From a virus (Duplodnaviria > Caudoviricetes), in IMG/VR virus record IMGVR_UViG_3300023223_000794, positions 1 through 53,735 of that record: a stretch of DNA of 53,735 nucleotides. One strand, given 5' to 3'. Positions 34,356 to 44,459 of this stretch are shown here, in pieces. The first letter of the stretch is position 1. Each line of letters begins with the position of its first letter. A program made the translations under genes and the position numbers. A model generated the notes under the pieces. It made no database searches. It worked only from the letters and a program-made list of their open reading frames with translations, and was not told where the DNA came from.

Positions 34356-36223
34356 TTCAAGCCGTTCCCACTACCGAAACTCCACAAGCTTTTGAAACTG
34401 AAGCTATTGCAGATTACTCTTCAGATTTTTCTCGACGAAATACAGACTTTTCAGAACGTCCTGATCCTCTCACAGAAGCTGAGAGAAATACTGTTAACGA
34501 TTTCGAAGGTCCGAGCCAATATCTTCCGCTCCCCTTTGAAGATCCAATTAACATGTATGGATTTTTCTCTACGCCATTCCAGCGCGGAGACCTTATTCTA
34601 TCAAAATGGCAATTAGAAACTTGCTCGTATGTAGTTCACGGAATCCAAGGGGTAACACCAACTGCAAAGATTCCCTTGAAGTTTCTTCTTCGTGCATGCA
34701 ATGGCTCAGGAAAAGATGCGTTTTTTACGGCGCCTCTTGTGGTATTTCTTACGGCCACCTGTATACGTCACAGATCGATTGTAACTTCTTCTTCAGATAA
34801 CCAACTTAACACACAAACTGAAGCATATATTCGTACATATGCCCAGACCATTAACGATTTCTTCGACTCCAAAATCTTTATAATCAAGCGTCGACATATT
34901 ATTTGTTCACTTACGGGTTCTGAAATTGTACTTTTCGCCACTGATGAAGCTGGACGTGCTGAAGGTTTTCATCCATTCCCTGATTATCCTGATACCGGTA
35001 TGCTTATTGCAATGAATGAAGCTAAATCTATTGAAAAGGATATCTATCAGGCTTTACGTCGTTGTAATGGTTTTAACCGTTGGGTAGAAGTTTCTTCTCC
35101 TGGGCAAATGGAAGGAGAGTTTTACGAAAACGACGAGCGAGCTATACCTTGGGATCAAAAAGAAATTGCGCCGTATGACAAAGCTATTTATATTAAACGA
35201 AAGATTCCGTATACAATGTGCCCTCATTTGCAAACAGCAGATAGTGAAAATCTAATTGAGGTTCACGGTAAGGATGATCCTTGGATTCAATCAATGCTGT
35301 TTGCAAACTTTTCTAACGATCCCGAGGGTACTATCATTGATGGAGTGTTACTGGCAAAAAATAAACGTAATGCTGTAAAGTACTTAAAGATTAAAGGTGA
35401 TGCAATTGGGTTAGATTTTTCTATGGGAGGGGATGCATTAACTTATGCATATCGTTCAGGTAATACTTTAAAATTCCCCGTTCGTTCTTTTAGAGAATCT
35501 AAAGCACAAAAAATTGCGGACCAATATGTAAGATGGTTTATCGAAGATAAGGTTCCCCTAGCGCAGGAGATTGACGATGGCGCAGAGCAAATTGTTATTA
35601 ATGGGGATGATGGTGGCGTTGGTAAACCTATTATTGATCTTATAGAGGCAAAGGGTTATCGGATAAACAGAATTACAAATAACTCACCACCAACGATTAC
35701 GAACACTCGAATACGCCGTTATGGTAATATGGGTGCTCAAATGTATTTTACAGTGAGGTTTATGTTAACGCATGGCGTTATTAATCTTGATACCGCAGCC
35801 GAGAGTACTCGAAAACAATTGCGCAATCGAAGATATGAACGGCGGGGTAACACTAAGTATCTTTTTCTAGAGAAAAAGGAAGATTTACGGAGAGTTGGTA
35901 GACCTTCCCCGGATGAAGCAGATGCCTTAGTCCTTGCATTTCGAAATCTCACTGTATTTGATTTCTTGCGTGAGGGACATATCACGTCTGTACGGCAGAC
36001 TTATGAGAGCGCTAAGATGACTAAAGAAATTAAAACGGTTCAAACTATAAGAACCGTTAAAAACGAAGTCAGAGGTGCGGTATATACGCTTGAACAACTT
36101 TTTAAAATGGCAGAGCTTCCAACAGTTAAACATAAACCAGGTAATCCAGGAATAGTTCGTAAAGCAATAGGAGTTGTTGCGCTTTCCAGGGGCTCTGGAA
36201 GAAATAGGAGAATACGACAATGA
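34352..36223 (+). CDS. terL: Terminase large subunit
   Basis: RACNGSGKD Walker A, EGFH, MNEAK Walker B-like, SSP, nuclease IGLDFSMGGD, DDGGVG, SPDEADAL. Confidence 0.92.
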   Translation: MIQAVPTTETPQAFETEAIADYSSDFSRRNTDFSERPDPLTEAERNTVNDFEGPSQYLPLPFEDPINMYGFFSTPFQRGDLILSKWQLETCSYVVHGIQGVTPTAKIPLKFLLRACNGSGKDAFFTAPLVVFLTATCIRHRSIVTSSSDNQLNTQTEAYIRTYAQTINDFFDSKIFIIKRRHIICSLTGSEIVLFATDEAGRAEGFHPFPDYPDTGMLIAMNEAKSIEKDIYQALRRCNGFNRWVEVSSPGQMEGEFYENDERAIPWDQKEIAPYDKAIYIKRKIPYTMCPHLQTADSENLIEVHGKDDPWIQSMLFANFSNDPEGTIIDGVLLAKNKRNAVKYLKIKGDAIGLDFSMGGDALTYAYRSGNTLKFPVRSFRESKAQKIADQYVRWFIEDKVPLAQEIDDGAEQIVINGDDGGVGKPIIDLIEAKGYRINRITNNSPPTITNTRIRRYGNMGAQMYFTVRFMLTHGVINLDTAAESTRKQLRNRRYERRGNTKYLFLEKKEDLRRVGRPSPDEADALVLAFRNLTVFDFLREGHITSVRQTYESAKMTKEIKTVQTIRTVKNEVRGAVYTLEQLFKMAELPTVKHKPGNPGIVRKAIGVVALSRGSGRNRRIRQ

Positions 36224-38115
36224 GTGCAGGATTGCATGATTTTCAACCTGATGATTCAACTGTAGATACAGTGGGTGTGGTTAAGCCGCAAGTTACTCTT
36301 ACAACAGAAGTACTTACACCAGCAGAAGAGGACGAAAAGCTTCCAACTTATGAATCAATTCGGCCACGCGTTTCTGCAATTTTGAGTTATTGGAAAACTT
36401 CTATCATGCCTCAACTTGATGCTCAGTCTGAAGATCGACGTTTTGAGATTGATGTTGCTGAGCAACGAAGAGAAGGGAATCTTGATGCAGATGAAATCAT
36501 GGTCCCAATTCGAACAATTTCACAGAACGTAGAGACAGCTAAAGCTGGATTTGTAGAACTTTTGGGCGGTGAGTCTGGTGCGCTTGTTTCATTACACAGT
36601 GACCATTTCTTAGAAGAGCCTGATAAAATTGTGTACTTACAAAAGTTAATCAATCGAGAGATTAAATCTCGTGGTTGGTTGAAAACTCATGTACGGGTAA
36701 TCGATTCATTTTGCACTCACGGGTTTTCTCACTATGAACTTATTGTTGACAATGATGCTCCATTAGGTTGGCGAATTGCAGATATACCAGCACGGACTTT
36801 ACTATTTCCAGAAGCGGTTAATTCTATTGCAGACGCGGATATTGTAATTCGGCGAAAGACTATTCTACCAAGTAGACTTCAAGCACTTGCTAAGATTGAT
36901 AGTATGGAATTTGAACCAGATGCTGTAGCAGAGATTTTGTTACAGCATACTATTTCAGAGAAGAGCGATGATGTTGACACTACAAAGCGTTTAAATGCTT
37001 CTATACTTTCTGATACTACATTAGATAGTATGCGAATTGAATATTTAAAGATTTACTTTCGGAATCCTGACGATGACAATGCACTTTATCAAGGGCTAGC
37101 ATGGGAGAATGGGTCTCTCTGGCTCCGCAAGCCCCAAAAATTGATGTCAGGAAAACTGAGGGATACTACAAAACCTGATTCTGACGTTAAGTTTGTTGAA
37201 GAACCTGCCCGTAGAATGCCTTTCTACGAATCTATTCTAATTGAAGACGAATCGGATGTTTTAACTGAGAAACGTGGCCGTGCACAGTTAGATAAACCCA
37301 CGCAAGAAGCAAATACTGTACTTGCTTCTGCTTTTGCTAATGGTGCTCAACGTTCTTCAAATATTCATGCATCACCTGCAAACCCGCAATTCGAGGGTGA
37401 AGCGTCACTAACAAATAAGAAGGTTATGAATGGTGTTGCGTGGGATTCTCCTATGAATTTTCATCAGCAACAACCACCAAGTGACTCTTTGCTCCTGGGA
37501 ATGCGGCAATTCACTGCAGAGAATAACAAAGATGCAGGGAATATTACATTTTCTACGTTAGATCGTGCAAAATCGAATACAACTGCGCAAGAATTACGGA
37601 CTTCACAAGGTGTTTCGGATAGTTTATCTACTATTTCAAAATTAGGGTTCATTAACACTCTTCGATCAATGTTTGCAGATGCGTTAGCTATTACTTTTTC
37701 TCGGATTCTCTTTGGTGAGCTTGAGATTCCAAGTATGAAACCCGATTTTCCGATTAAAGAGATTGTAGCTAAGCCAATCTTTGTAGGTTCTGCGGCTTCA
37801 GAAGATGTGATTGAACGAAATCGTATTCTGGGAAATATTGTACAGATTCTTCCGTTGTTACAAGCAGGCTCAAAATATAGTGACGTGCTGATAGAATTGA
37901 TGATTCGATTAATGTTTCCTGCAAGGGCGGCCGAGATTATTGGAGATGCTGACAAGAATGAGCAGACGCAAGAAGCAATGAAACAGCTTCTGGAACCGGC
38001 AAAACGCATGGCTGAGTTAATTTTGCAGTATGTGAATAGTAATGGACAACTTGATGCGCTTAAAACCGCTGAGTTGGCTGAACTGGCGAAGAGTTTTATT
38101 GAAACTAACGTATAA
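36220..38115 (+). CDS. Portal protein
   Basis: 631 aa coupled to terL; RG..LDKP.Q, TTAQE motif; size and position match podovirus portals. Confidence 0.8.
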   Translation: MSAGLHDFQPDDSTVDTVGVVKPQVTLTTEVLTPAEEDEKLPTYESIRPRVSAILSYWKTSIMPQLDAQSEDRRFEIDVAEQRREGNLDADEIMVPIRTISQNVETAKAGFVELLGGESGALVSLHSDHFLEEPDKIVYLQKLINREIKSRGWLKTHVRVIDSFCTHGFSHYELIVDNDAPLGWRIADIPARTLLFPEAVNSIADADIVIRRKTILPSRLQALAKIDSMEFEPDAVAEILLQHTISEKSDDVDTTKRLNASILSDTTLDSMRIEYLKIYFRNPDDDNALYQGLAWENGSLWLRKPQKLMSGKLRDTTKPDSDVKFVEEPARRMPFYESILIEDESDVLTEKRGRAQLDKPTQEANTVLASAFANGAQRSSNIHASPANPQFEGEASLTNKKVMNGVAWDSPMNFHQQQPPSDSLLLGMRQFTAENNKDAGNITFSTLDRAKSNTTAQELRTSQGVSDSLSTISKLGFINTLRSMFADALAITFSRILFGELEIPSMKPDFPIKEIVAKPIFVGSAASEDVIERNRILGNIVQILPLLQAGSKYSDVLIELMIRLMFPARAAEIIGDADKNEQTQEAMKQLLEPAKRMAELILQYVNSNGQLDALKTAELAELAKSFIETNV

Positions 38116-38136
38116 TGTAGAGAAAAAATCTTAGAT

Positions 38137-38460
38137 ATGACCACAGCAGCAGTACTACAAAGTCGGACACGGTCTACTGAAAAACAGGTAGAGCGTATTG
38201 CAGCATCAAAAAAAGATCCGCCATTAGATCCTGGCGAACCTGACTTACATGAAGTAGAGCTTAAACGCTGGTTAGCTTTGACAGTTACTCAAAAGTTTTT
38301 CACGGCTATTGAGAAGGAGGAAGTTATAGCCTATGAGCGGCAGTTAAGTAATTTACGTAAAGGAAACACTACTGTAGCTATGGTTTATACAACTGAACAA
38401 AATGTTTTACGTAAAGTGCTTGCAGCCCAAGATCTTGAAAGATTGAAAACTATAGTCTAA
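38137..38460 (+). CDS. Small head-module protein
   Basis: 107-aa helical ORF between portal and scaffold. Confidence 0.55.
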   Translation: MTTAAVLQSRTRSTEKQVERIAASKKDPPLDPGEPDLHEVELKRWLALTVTQKFFTAIEKEEVIAYERQLSNLRKGNTTVAMVYTTEQNVLRKVLAAQDLERLKTIV

Positions 38461-38481
38461 AAAAGAAAGAAACACCTTACT

Positions 38482-39699
38482 ATGCCTGAAAAAACGATAG
38501 AACAACAAGTAGAAGAAGTTAAAAGAAAAGATTTTGTAATTCAAGATCCTATGGATTATATGGGTCAAGTTGTAAAAGAGCAAAAAGATTTAGACGAAAA
38601 GCAAAAGAAGGAAAAAATAGAGGAAGGGGAAGAAAAAGATGTAGACGAAGAAGAACAAGAAGATGTAGACGAATCTAAAGATTCTACTAAAGATTCTACT
38701 GAGGAGGGTATAATAGAAGATTCTTCTAAAGAAGATTCGTCTACACAGGAAGACTCTTCTAATGAGTCTAGTAAGTCTAGTGAGTCCACGGAAATAACTA
38801 CTGAAACTACTGCTGAAGCAGAAGATGTTACAACAAAAATTGAACGAGGCGCAACTAGAGATTTATCTGATTTTGCTGAGGAACACCATCAGCATCTTCG
38901 AAAGATGGGAAATCAGGCGTTTGCTCATGTAGGTGAGATCCTGAAACAACGTAAGGTTGAACAGGAAGAGTTAGTAGTTGTACAAGCAAAAGTCACGGAT
39001 TTAGAGAAAGGAATTGTTAGTTCTTACCAGGAACACCCTCAAGCTTTTGTATTAACTCCTAAGTACTCATCATTAGTTGCCGAAGAATCTGAGATAACTA
39101 GTCATATCACGCACTGGGAGCGTCAGAAAAGTTTAATCGCAGCAGGAAAACAATGGGTTAATCTTGAAATGGTTGGAAATCAGCTTGTAAATTCTGCACC
39201 AAAAGATCCTTCTGATGAAGACGGTATTGCAATAAATGCAAAACTTCTAGAGCTAAAAGGTAAAATACAGCATATAGGAGATCAAGCACAGCAGCTTGGT
39301 GCTGCGCATAAAGAGCGACATATAAGTTATTTGGCTGGGATTAAAAGTTTTGCCCAGAAAGCGTTTCCTCAGTTTGACGATAGTTCAAATGAGCCTGCAA
39401 AAAAAGCTTTGCTTAAAAGTGAGGGTGAAGCAAAAGCTGCTGGCTTAGAAGGAAATCCTTTAGCTCCTTTATTTGCGAGAAGTTTTGCAACGATTGAGTT
39501 ACAAGCCCAGATCATCAAAGACTTAAAAGAAACCTCTGCTACGGTCAGAAAGAAGAAGCGTAAAGATTTAGCTACAGTGAAACAAAAGGCAGATAAAATC
39601 TTAGAGAGTGCATCTACAACTAGCATTATAAAAAATAAACCATCATCTAGTGCTGAAGATGGCTGGGGGACTGTGGAGTATTCATCTTTCGAGAGCTAA
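38482..39699 (+). CDS. Putative scaffolding protein
   Basis: Very acidic disordered N-terminus plus coiled coil; directly upstream of the capsid gene. Confidence 0.7.
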   Translation: MPEKTIEQQVEEVKRKDFVIQDPMDYMGQVVKEQKDLDEKQKKEKIEEGEEKDVDEEEQEDVDESKDSTKDSTEEGIIEDSSKEDSSTQEDSSNESSKSSESTEITTETTAEAEDVTTKIERGATRDLSDFAEEHHQHLRKMGNQAFAHVGEILKQRKVEQEELVVVQAKVTDLEKGIVSSYQEHPQAFVLTPKYSSLVAEESEITSHITHWERQKSLIAAGKQWVNLEMVGNQLVNSAPKDPSDEDGIAINAKLLELKGKIQHIGDQAQQLGAAHKERHISYLAGIKSFAQKAFPQFDDSSNEPAKKALLKSEGEAKAAGLEGNPLAPLFARSFATIELQAQIIKDLKETSATVRKKKRKDLATVKQKADKILESASTTSIIKNKPSSSAEDGWGTVEYSSFES

Positions 39700-39713
39700 T
39701 TTCATGGGCACTA

Positions 39714-39729
39714 TGGCATGATTCTTGCT
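39714..39729 (+). promoter_or_regulatory. Sigma54 (-24/-12) promoter for the major capsid gene
   Basis: TGGCATGATTCTTGCT; intergenic, ~100 nt upstream of ATG 39832. Confidence 0.85.
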
Positions 39730-39831
39730 ATAGTATAGACAGTCACTACAAGGATTGGGCTACCATTTAGACTAATTGTCACTAATTTTGCATTGGGCAG
39801 TGCTACTGATGTAAACTTAACTCTTAGACTT

Positions 39832-41121
39832 ATGGCAACAATAGCAGTTCCTAGTATTGATCAACCAAGAAATATTGAGATTCAATTCTCGATAGAAGAT
39901 AGAGAGCGATATAATACGCTACCGTTCTATTTTGCAAAATTTCAAGTGGATGATATGCGCTTGAATTCTGTGTATGCAAAGATGACGCGTAAAAGACGAT
40001 GGCAACCAAATGAAGGTCCGACAATGACTGCGGTTAAGAAAGCACGTTCACCTTTGATTCGTCAAAATGCATTCCCAGTCGGTGTTCAAAGTGAACCATT
40101 GATTGATACTTACGATGTGACTGAGGTGGCGAAGCGCGCGAATGTACATCGCCAGAACTTTCAATCGCCAGTATTTAAATTCGGTCCGCATTTTGAAAGT
40201 TTCTTTGCAGATAATATTCAACCGAATGTAGATAACATTATTACTCAGATTCGGATGTTCCGGGAGTTCTTTCTTCGGACAAGGATGTTTCATAAAGCTC
40301 CGTATATTTATCTTCCTGATTCAGTGGATAGACTTTATGCTGCACCTAGTACTGAAGGTGCTGCGGATGGTTCTGTTGGAAAGACTACGGACTGGCTTCA
40401 AGCTATGTCAACGCAAGTCGGTGATCCAGGAAATCTTTCGCTGAATACTGTTTATCAGACAGCACAAGCAATGTCTACAGACATTGGTGCGCTGCCGTTT
40501 AAGCCTGGTGGAGATATTGTGAATTCAAACGGTCTTAAGGACAAGTATGTTCTGATTACTTCGGAAGAGGCTTATATGCAGTTTAACTTTGATCCTTTTC
40601 GCTTGGAAAATCGAGAACTTTCTTTGGATGTAGTTACAGATAATTTTAAAGGTGATATTTTTGGTCGAGTTACTTGTATGACAGAGACGCATCCTTTGCG
40701 CATGTTGAATGATGGAACTTTTCCAGCACCGGAAACTCGGATTGAAGAGTCGGCAGGAGCGCCGGATCTTATTGGCGAAACGGTTCCAAATCCTGCATAT
40801 GTTACAGCTCCTTGGGAAATTGCGCTTATGTTTGGTGCCGATTCCTTCGAGTCTTTTGAGGTTGGTCCTCCACCAAAACACTTCTCGTCGAACACTGCGC
40901 CTAGTAAGCAGAAGTTTAATGCGATGCGGTGGAATGGTGAGGTTCGCATGATTGATAATATGATCATACCTGATGGTTCTGGCGGCTATGCTACGAATGA
41001 GTGGGGTGAGTATCTCAAGTTAATCGCTGATGTTACAATTGGTGCAATTGCAGTAAGAGAATTGAACGTAGTTCCTATCTTATTCAAGCGTATTAGAGGC
41101 GTTGAAAATTCCATTGCATAA
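39832..41121 (+). CDS. Major capsid protein
   Basis: 429 aa from ATG 39832; follows portal and scaffold; own promoter; KYVLITSEEAYMQF..D P-domain-like segment. Confidence 0.75.
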   Translation: MATIAVPSIDQPRNIEIQFSIEDRERYNTLPFYFAKFQVDDMRLNSVYAKMTRKRRWQPNEGPTMTAVKKARSPLIRQNAFPVGVQSEPLIDTYDVTEVAKRANVHRQNFQSPVFKFGPHFESFFADNIQPNVDNIITQIRMFREFFLRTRMFHKAPYIYLPDSVDRLYAAPSTEGAADGSVGKTTDWLQAMSTQVGDPGNLSLNTVYQTAQAMSTDIGALPFKPGGDIVNSNGLKDKYVLITSEEAYMQFNFDPFRLENRELSLDVVTDNFKGDIFGRVTCMTETHPLRMLNDGTFPAPETRIEESAGAPDLIGETVPNPAYVTAPWEIALMFGADSFESFEVGPPPKHFSSNTAPSKQKFNAMRWNGEVRMIDNMIIPDGSGGYATNEWGEYLKLIADVTIGAIAVRELNVVPILFKRIRGVENSIA

Positions 41122-41144
41122 TTAATTAAACACAATATAACATA

Positions 41145-41660
41145 ATGAAAAAACTATTAAGTGTTTTGATGTTGGTAGCCGGACTGTCGGTTATGCAAGC
41201 AGCGGTAGAGGTTTACACACTAGATCCTGCTGTTAACTTTGATGTGGGTCGTCCGTTTATTCGAACAAATGTGTTCATTACGGCTAAGACGGTTACTCGG
41301 GTACAATTGTTTGTTGCGGGCACAGCAACTACAGTTCAGGCTAACTTCTACGATTCGAACGATACGAATGAGCTGTTTCAGCTTACTGGATTTCAGACAA
41401 TTACAAATTACCAGACGAATTTCACGCAGGTGCTTACAAACCTTGTAGGACCCGAGATTGTGTTGTTTACAAACACGTTCTCGGGTATGGTTTCATTGAC
41501 ACAAGCTACGGTGACTGAAATTGCATTACCTGTGAAAGGTGCATTTATTGCTATTACTACGGCGCCCGTGGATGAAACACTTAATCCGCCTTGGAATATC
41601 ATTAGGGGTCTTTTAGTAGATTTCCAAACAAACGCAACGTTGATCATCCACACGCGGTAA
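41145..41660 (+). CDS. Thr/Asn-rich beta protein with Sec-type signal peptide
   Basis: MKKLLSVLMLVAGLSVMQA-AV N-terminus; seven TN dipeptides. Confidence 0.65.
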   Translation: MKKLLSVLMLVAGLSVMQAAVEVYTLDPAVNFDVGRPFIRTNVFITAKTVTRVQLFVAGTATTVQANFYDSNDTNELFQLTGFQTITNYQTNFTQVLTNLVGPEIVLFTNTFSGMVSLTQATVTEIALPVKGAFIAITTAPVDETLNPPWNIIRGLLVDFQTNATLIIHTR

Positions 41661-41709
41661 AGAATCTTGTGCAAGTCTGTGGTAGATAGCACGGGGTAGG
41701 GTAAAAATC

Positions 41710-41775
41710 GATGGACGAGAAGAAGTATAAGTGTTAGGTTCCGCTTTTCTAATTCTCGTCCATCAAATCTTTTTT
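41710..41775 (+). terminator. Possible terminator/attenuator after the capsid operon
   Basis: 12-bp inverted repeat GATGGACGAGAA/TTCTCGTCCATC with a 31-nt loop, then AAATCTTTTTT. Confidence 0.45.
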
Positions 41776-41780
41776 AAGTT

Positions 41781-42227
41781 ATGTCTGTATCTCTAGGAGC
41801 AGGAACATTACCAAAACAGCCAACTGCCTTTGAAGTAATTTTCTCGCAGTTGAAAACAATGCAGACGGCGCAGGCAACGCTTTTAACAGAACTTCGAGTA
41901 GGAACTGAAGTAGTATTTGTTGCGCCAGATACAAATCCAATTGTTATTGCAGTAACTGATACAGCTGAACGGTTACATGCTGTGGACGGAGAGCTTCTAG
42001 TTCGTAGCGTAATTCTTCATGGAGTTAAGAGTTTTGATGCAAATGGTAAAGGTATTTCAAACGGGAATAATGTACGATTTGGAATTGCTAATGATAAAAT
42101 GCCTGTTGTAATTACACCGGGCGGATTTGCAGTTTATACAGCACCTGGATTTTCTTTCTTTGATCTGAATGACGTTTGGATTATTGGAGACGCAGGGGAC
42201 GGTGTGCATATTGATGGAATGAGGTAA
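41781..42227 (+). CDS. Putative virion accessory protein
   Basis: 148 aa, beta-rich C-terminal part, in the structural arm. Confidence 0.55.
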   Translation: MSVSLGAGTLPKQPTAFEVIFSQLKTMQTAQATLLTELRVGTEVVFVAPDTNPIVIAVTDTAERLHAVDGELLVRSVILHGVKSFDANGKGISNGNNVRFGIANDKMPVVITPGGFAVYTAPGFSFFDLNDVWIIGDAGDGVHIDGMR

Positions 42228-42233
42228 TAGCAA

Positions 42234-44432
42234 ATGGGATTTAACGCGTCAGGTGTGTCAGGTGGGCAATTGCAAGTTTACGGAACTCCGTTCTCTGATC
42301 CTGCTGTTATTACTGACATTGCGTTATTTCGTGCTAGGTTTGTAGGACCAGTACACACGCCCCTGCCAACCGTAGATTTTCCTGCGCCTTTGGGACCAGT
42401 TTTGGATAACCTTAATCCGCCTACAGGAGCTATTGCATTGAAAGATTCTTTAGAGAGTTATAATTTAGGGGATGTAACAAACCAAAAGATGAATGGAGGA
42501 GTTGGGTGGTCTGGTCCTTGGCGTACAGGAATAAACCCAGGAGCTTCGGAGGGGACTGGTCTTGCTGAGGATTTTGCTCGTGGTGCAGTTACAGGTTTTG
42601 ACGCCTTGGATTATGAGTTAACGGCAGAGCAATCTAACGCTGATCCGGATCCTATTATACTTGGGCGTCCGGCGCTAAACTTTGCAGGGCTGACTCAATG
42701 GGATGCTATTAATTCTCTCGGTGCTCCTGCGGGACAACTCGGTTACCCAGATTTGGTAAAGTTTCGGGCAAAAAGCGATCCTTTTGGTGTAGGACTTGAT
42801 GCGCTATGGTATCCGAACGACGGGATGTATTTGGATATGGTAGGTTCCCCTGGTGGTGCATTAACTCCTGCGGCAGAAGATGGCGCAGAGATTCAGAGTG
42901 GCTGGAGTTTAGTACATTTGCGGACTAAGGCAAGCTGGGGTTTACAACCGGGGGTTAAATATCGTATACGAATTCGGTTTGCAGGAAATGGTAGGAGTGT
43001 TATTCATGGGAATGATCTGGAAGTGTATCTTACTACAACACTCTTTGATAACCTTCCGGATACCGGTAGAAGTATTGCTAGAGCTTCCGTGTCAAATCCA
43101 ATTTTAAAAACTCGACCACAGTATAAAATAATTAAAAACATCGATATTAATCACCCACAAGAAGATCTAATTTTAGTTTTTTCTGTTTCACCATCATCTT
43201 CGAATTTTAAATTAAATATTCGATGTTCTTTCGTTGGGAATTTAAGGACCAGGACATCACAAAATTTAGTTAATGCTTCTTTTGGGCCTTTAGTTTTTGA
43301 GGTGGAGATTAAAACTCCTAATGGAGAAGTAGTATTCTTTGATGACTTTGATACTGAGAATCCGCCCGCAAAAGATCCAGGGCTGGTTTTAGAAACTTCG
43401 CAAGGGAAATTTGTAAACTCAGGTGATGTATTTCTACCATGGGGCGGTGAAGGCTCATGGTCAGGGCCTTGGAAGATTGGAGCTGAAGATGGTGTCGGGG
43501 ATGATTCGATGGAATCGTATGAGATTGCAAGTAGTAGTGCACTGAATAGATTAGGCGGTGGGATTGGATGGTCTGGTCCTTGGAAAGTAGGGCGTGCAAA
43601 TCAAGATTTAGCTTTTCCTGAAACTGAAGATCCTGCGGAACCTTTATTAGGATCAGATACTATTGAAAGTTATGCTTTGGGCGCTGTGGTGGCTGTATTG
43701 AGTAATTATCCTTCTAAACTAATTCCTTTATCTTCGTTAAATTCTTTAGTTTCTTCGTTGGTAGATTCTGGTACAAACAGTACTGTGCGGCCACCTTGGT
43801 TTCAGGTTGGTGGAGGTACAGAGTTTAATACTTTTGAAGGCGTAGGGTTATATTTACTGCTTCGACCGTCTAGTAATTCATTGCTTACTTCGGCTGATCC
43901 TGATGAAGATTTTGGAGCACAGATTGATGCAACCTATTCGTTGGATTCCGCAGATGTCCCAGCTCTTGTAGCCGAAAGATTTAACACTGTATCAACCTTT
44001 GATCTTTTAATAGGAACTTTAGTGCGTTTAACGTTGACAGTTGGGTCTAGCCCTTATTCTCCCGAATCTGCATATTTCTGGGCACGCTGGGGAAGTATTG
44101 GTACAGAGAGTACAAAGTTTCTTTCGACAAACCAGAATTTCATGCAAGAAGTAAATACGCTTGCTATAAACACTGGAGCGGCTAAGCAGCCTACGACATT
44201 GGTGCTTCTTATGACAGTGGGCACAAGTGGTCCACAGAGTTTAAACCTTGGTGCTGCTTGTGTAACGCGGGCTAGTAAAACAGGCCGGCCATTCTTGCTG
44301 GAGATTCTGTTGGAGAATGTAGATAATGGTGCAACAATATTCTCTGAGAATTTCGATACGTCTAATTCAGTAACTCGTGAACCTTTAGACGGAGGTTCTG
44401 CATGGGATGGACCTTGGGTGGTAGATCCTTAA
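42234..44432 (+). CDS. Large virion-associated protein with GG-x-x-W-x-GPW repeats and two related beta-sandwich inserts
   Basis: Four W(S/D)GPW motifs and three D(S/T)xESY motifs; the two inserts end in similar FFDDFDTEN / FSENFDTSN. Confidence 0.6.
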   Translation: MGFNASGVSGGQLQVYGTPFSDPAVITDIALFRARFVGPVHTPLPTVDFPAPLGPVLDNLNPPTGAIALKDSLESYNLGDVTNQKMNGGVGWSGPWRTGINPGASEGTGLAEDFARGAVTGFDALDYELTAEQSNADPDPIILGRPALNFAGLTQWDAINSLGAPAGQLGYPDLVKFRAKSDPFGVGLDALWYPNDGMYLDMVGSPGGALTPAAEDGAEIQSGWSLVHLRTKASWGLQPGVKYRIRIRFAGNGRSVIHGNDLEVYLTTTLFDNLPDTGRSIARASVSNPILKTRPQYKIIKNIDINHPQEDLILVFSVSPSSSNFKLNIRCSFVGNLRTRTSQNLVNASFGPLVFEVEIKTPNGEVVFFDDFDTENPPAKDPGLVLETSQGKFVNSGDVFLPWGGEGSWSGPWKIGAEDGVGDDSMESYEIASSSALNRLGGGIGWSGPWKVGRANQDLAFPETEDPAEPLLGSDTIESYALGAVVAVLSNYPSKLIPLSSLNSLVSSLVDSGTNSTVRPPWFQVGGGTEFNTFEGVGLYLLLRPSSNSLLTSADPDEDFGAQIDATYSLDSADVPALVAERFNTVSTFDLLIGTLVRLTLTVGSSPYSPESAYFWARWGSIGTESTKFLSTNQNFMQEVNTLAINTGAAKQPTTLVLLMTVGTSGPQSLNLGAACVTRASKTGRPFLLEILLENVDNGATIFSENFDTSNSVTREPLDGGSAWDGPWVVDP

Positions 44433-44459
44433 ACGAGTTAATAAAATAGATACAGTATT

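Noticed and set aside
38620-38780. Short repeats (GATGTAGACGAA, AAAGATTCTACT) in the scaffold gene
   Set aside because: Ordinary low-complexity coding of an acidic disordered region.
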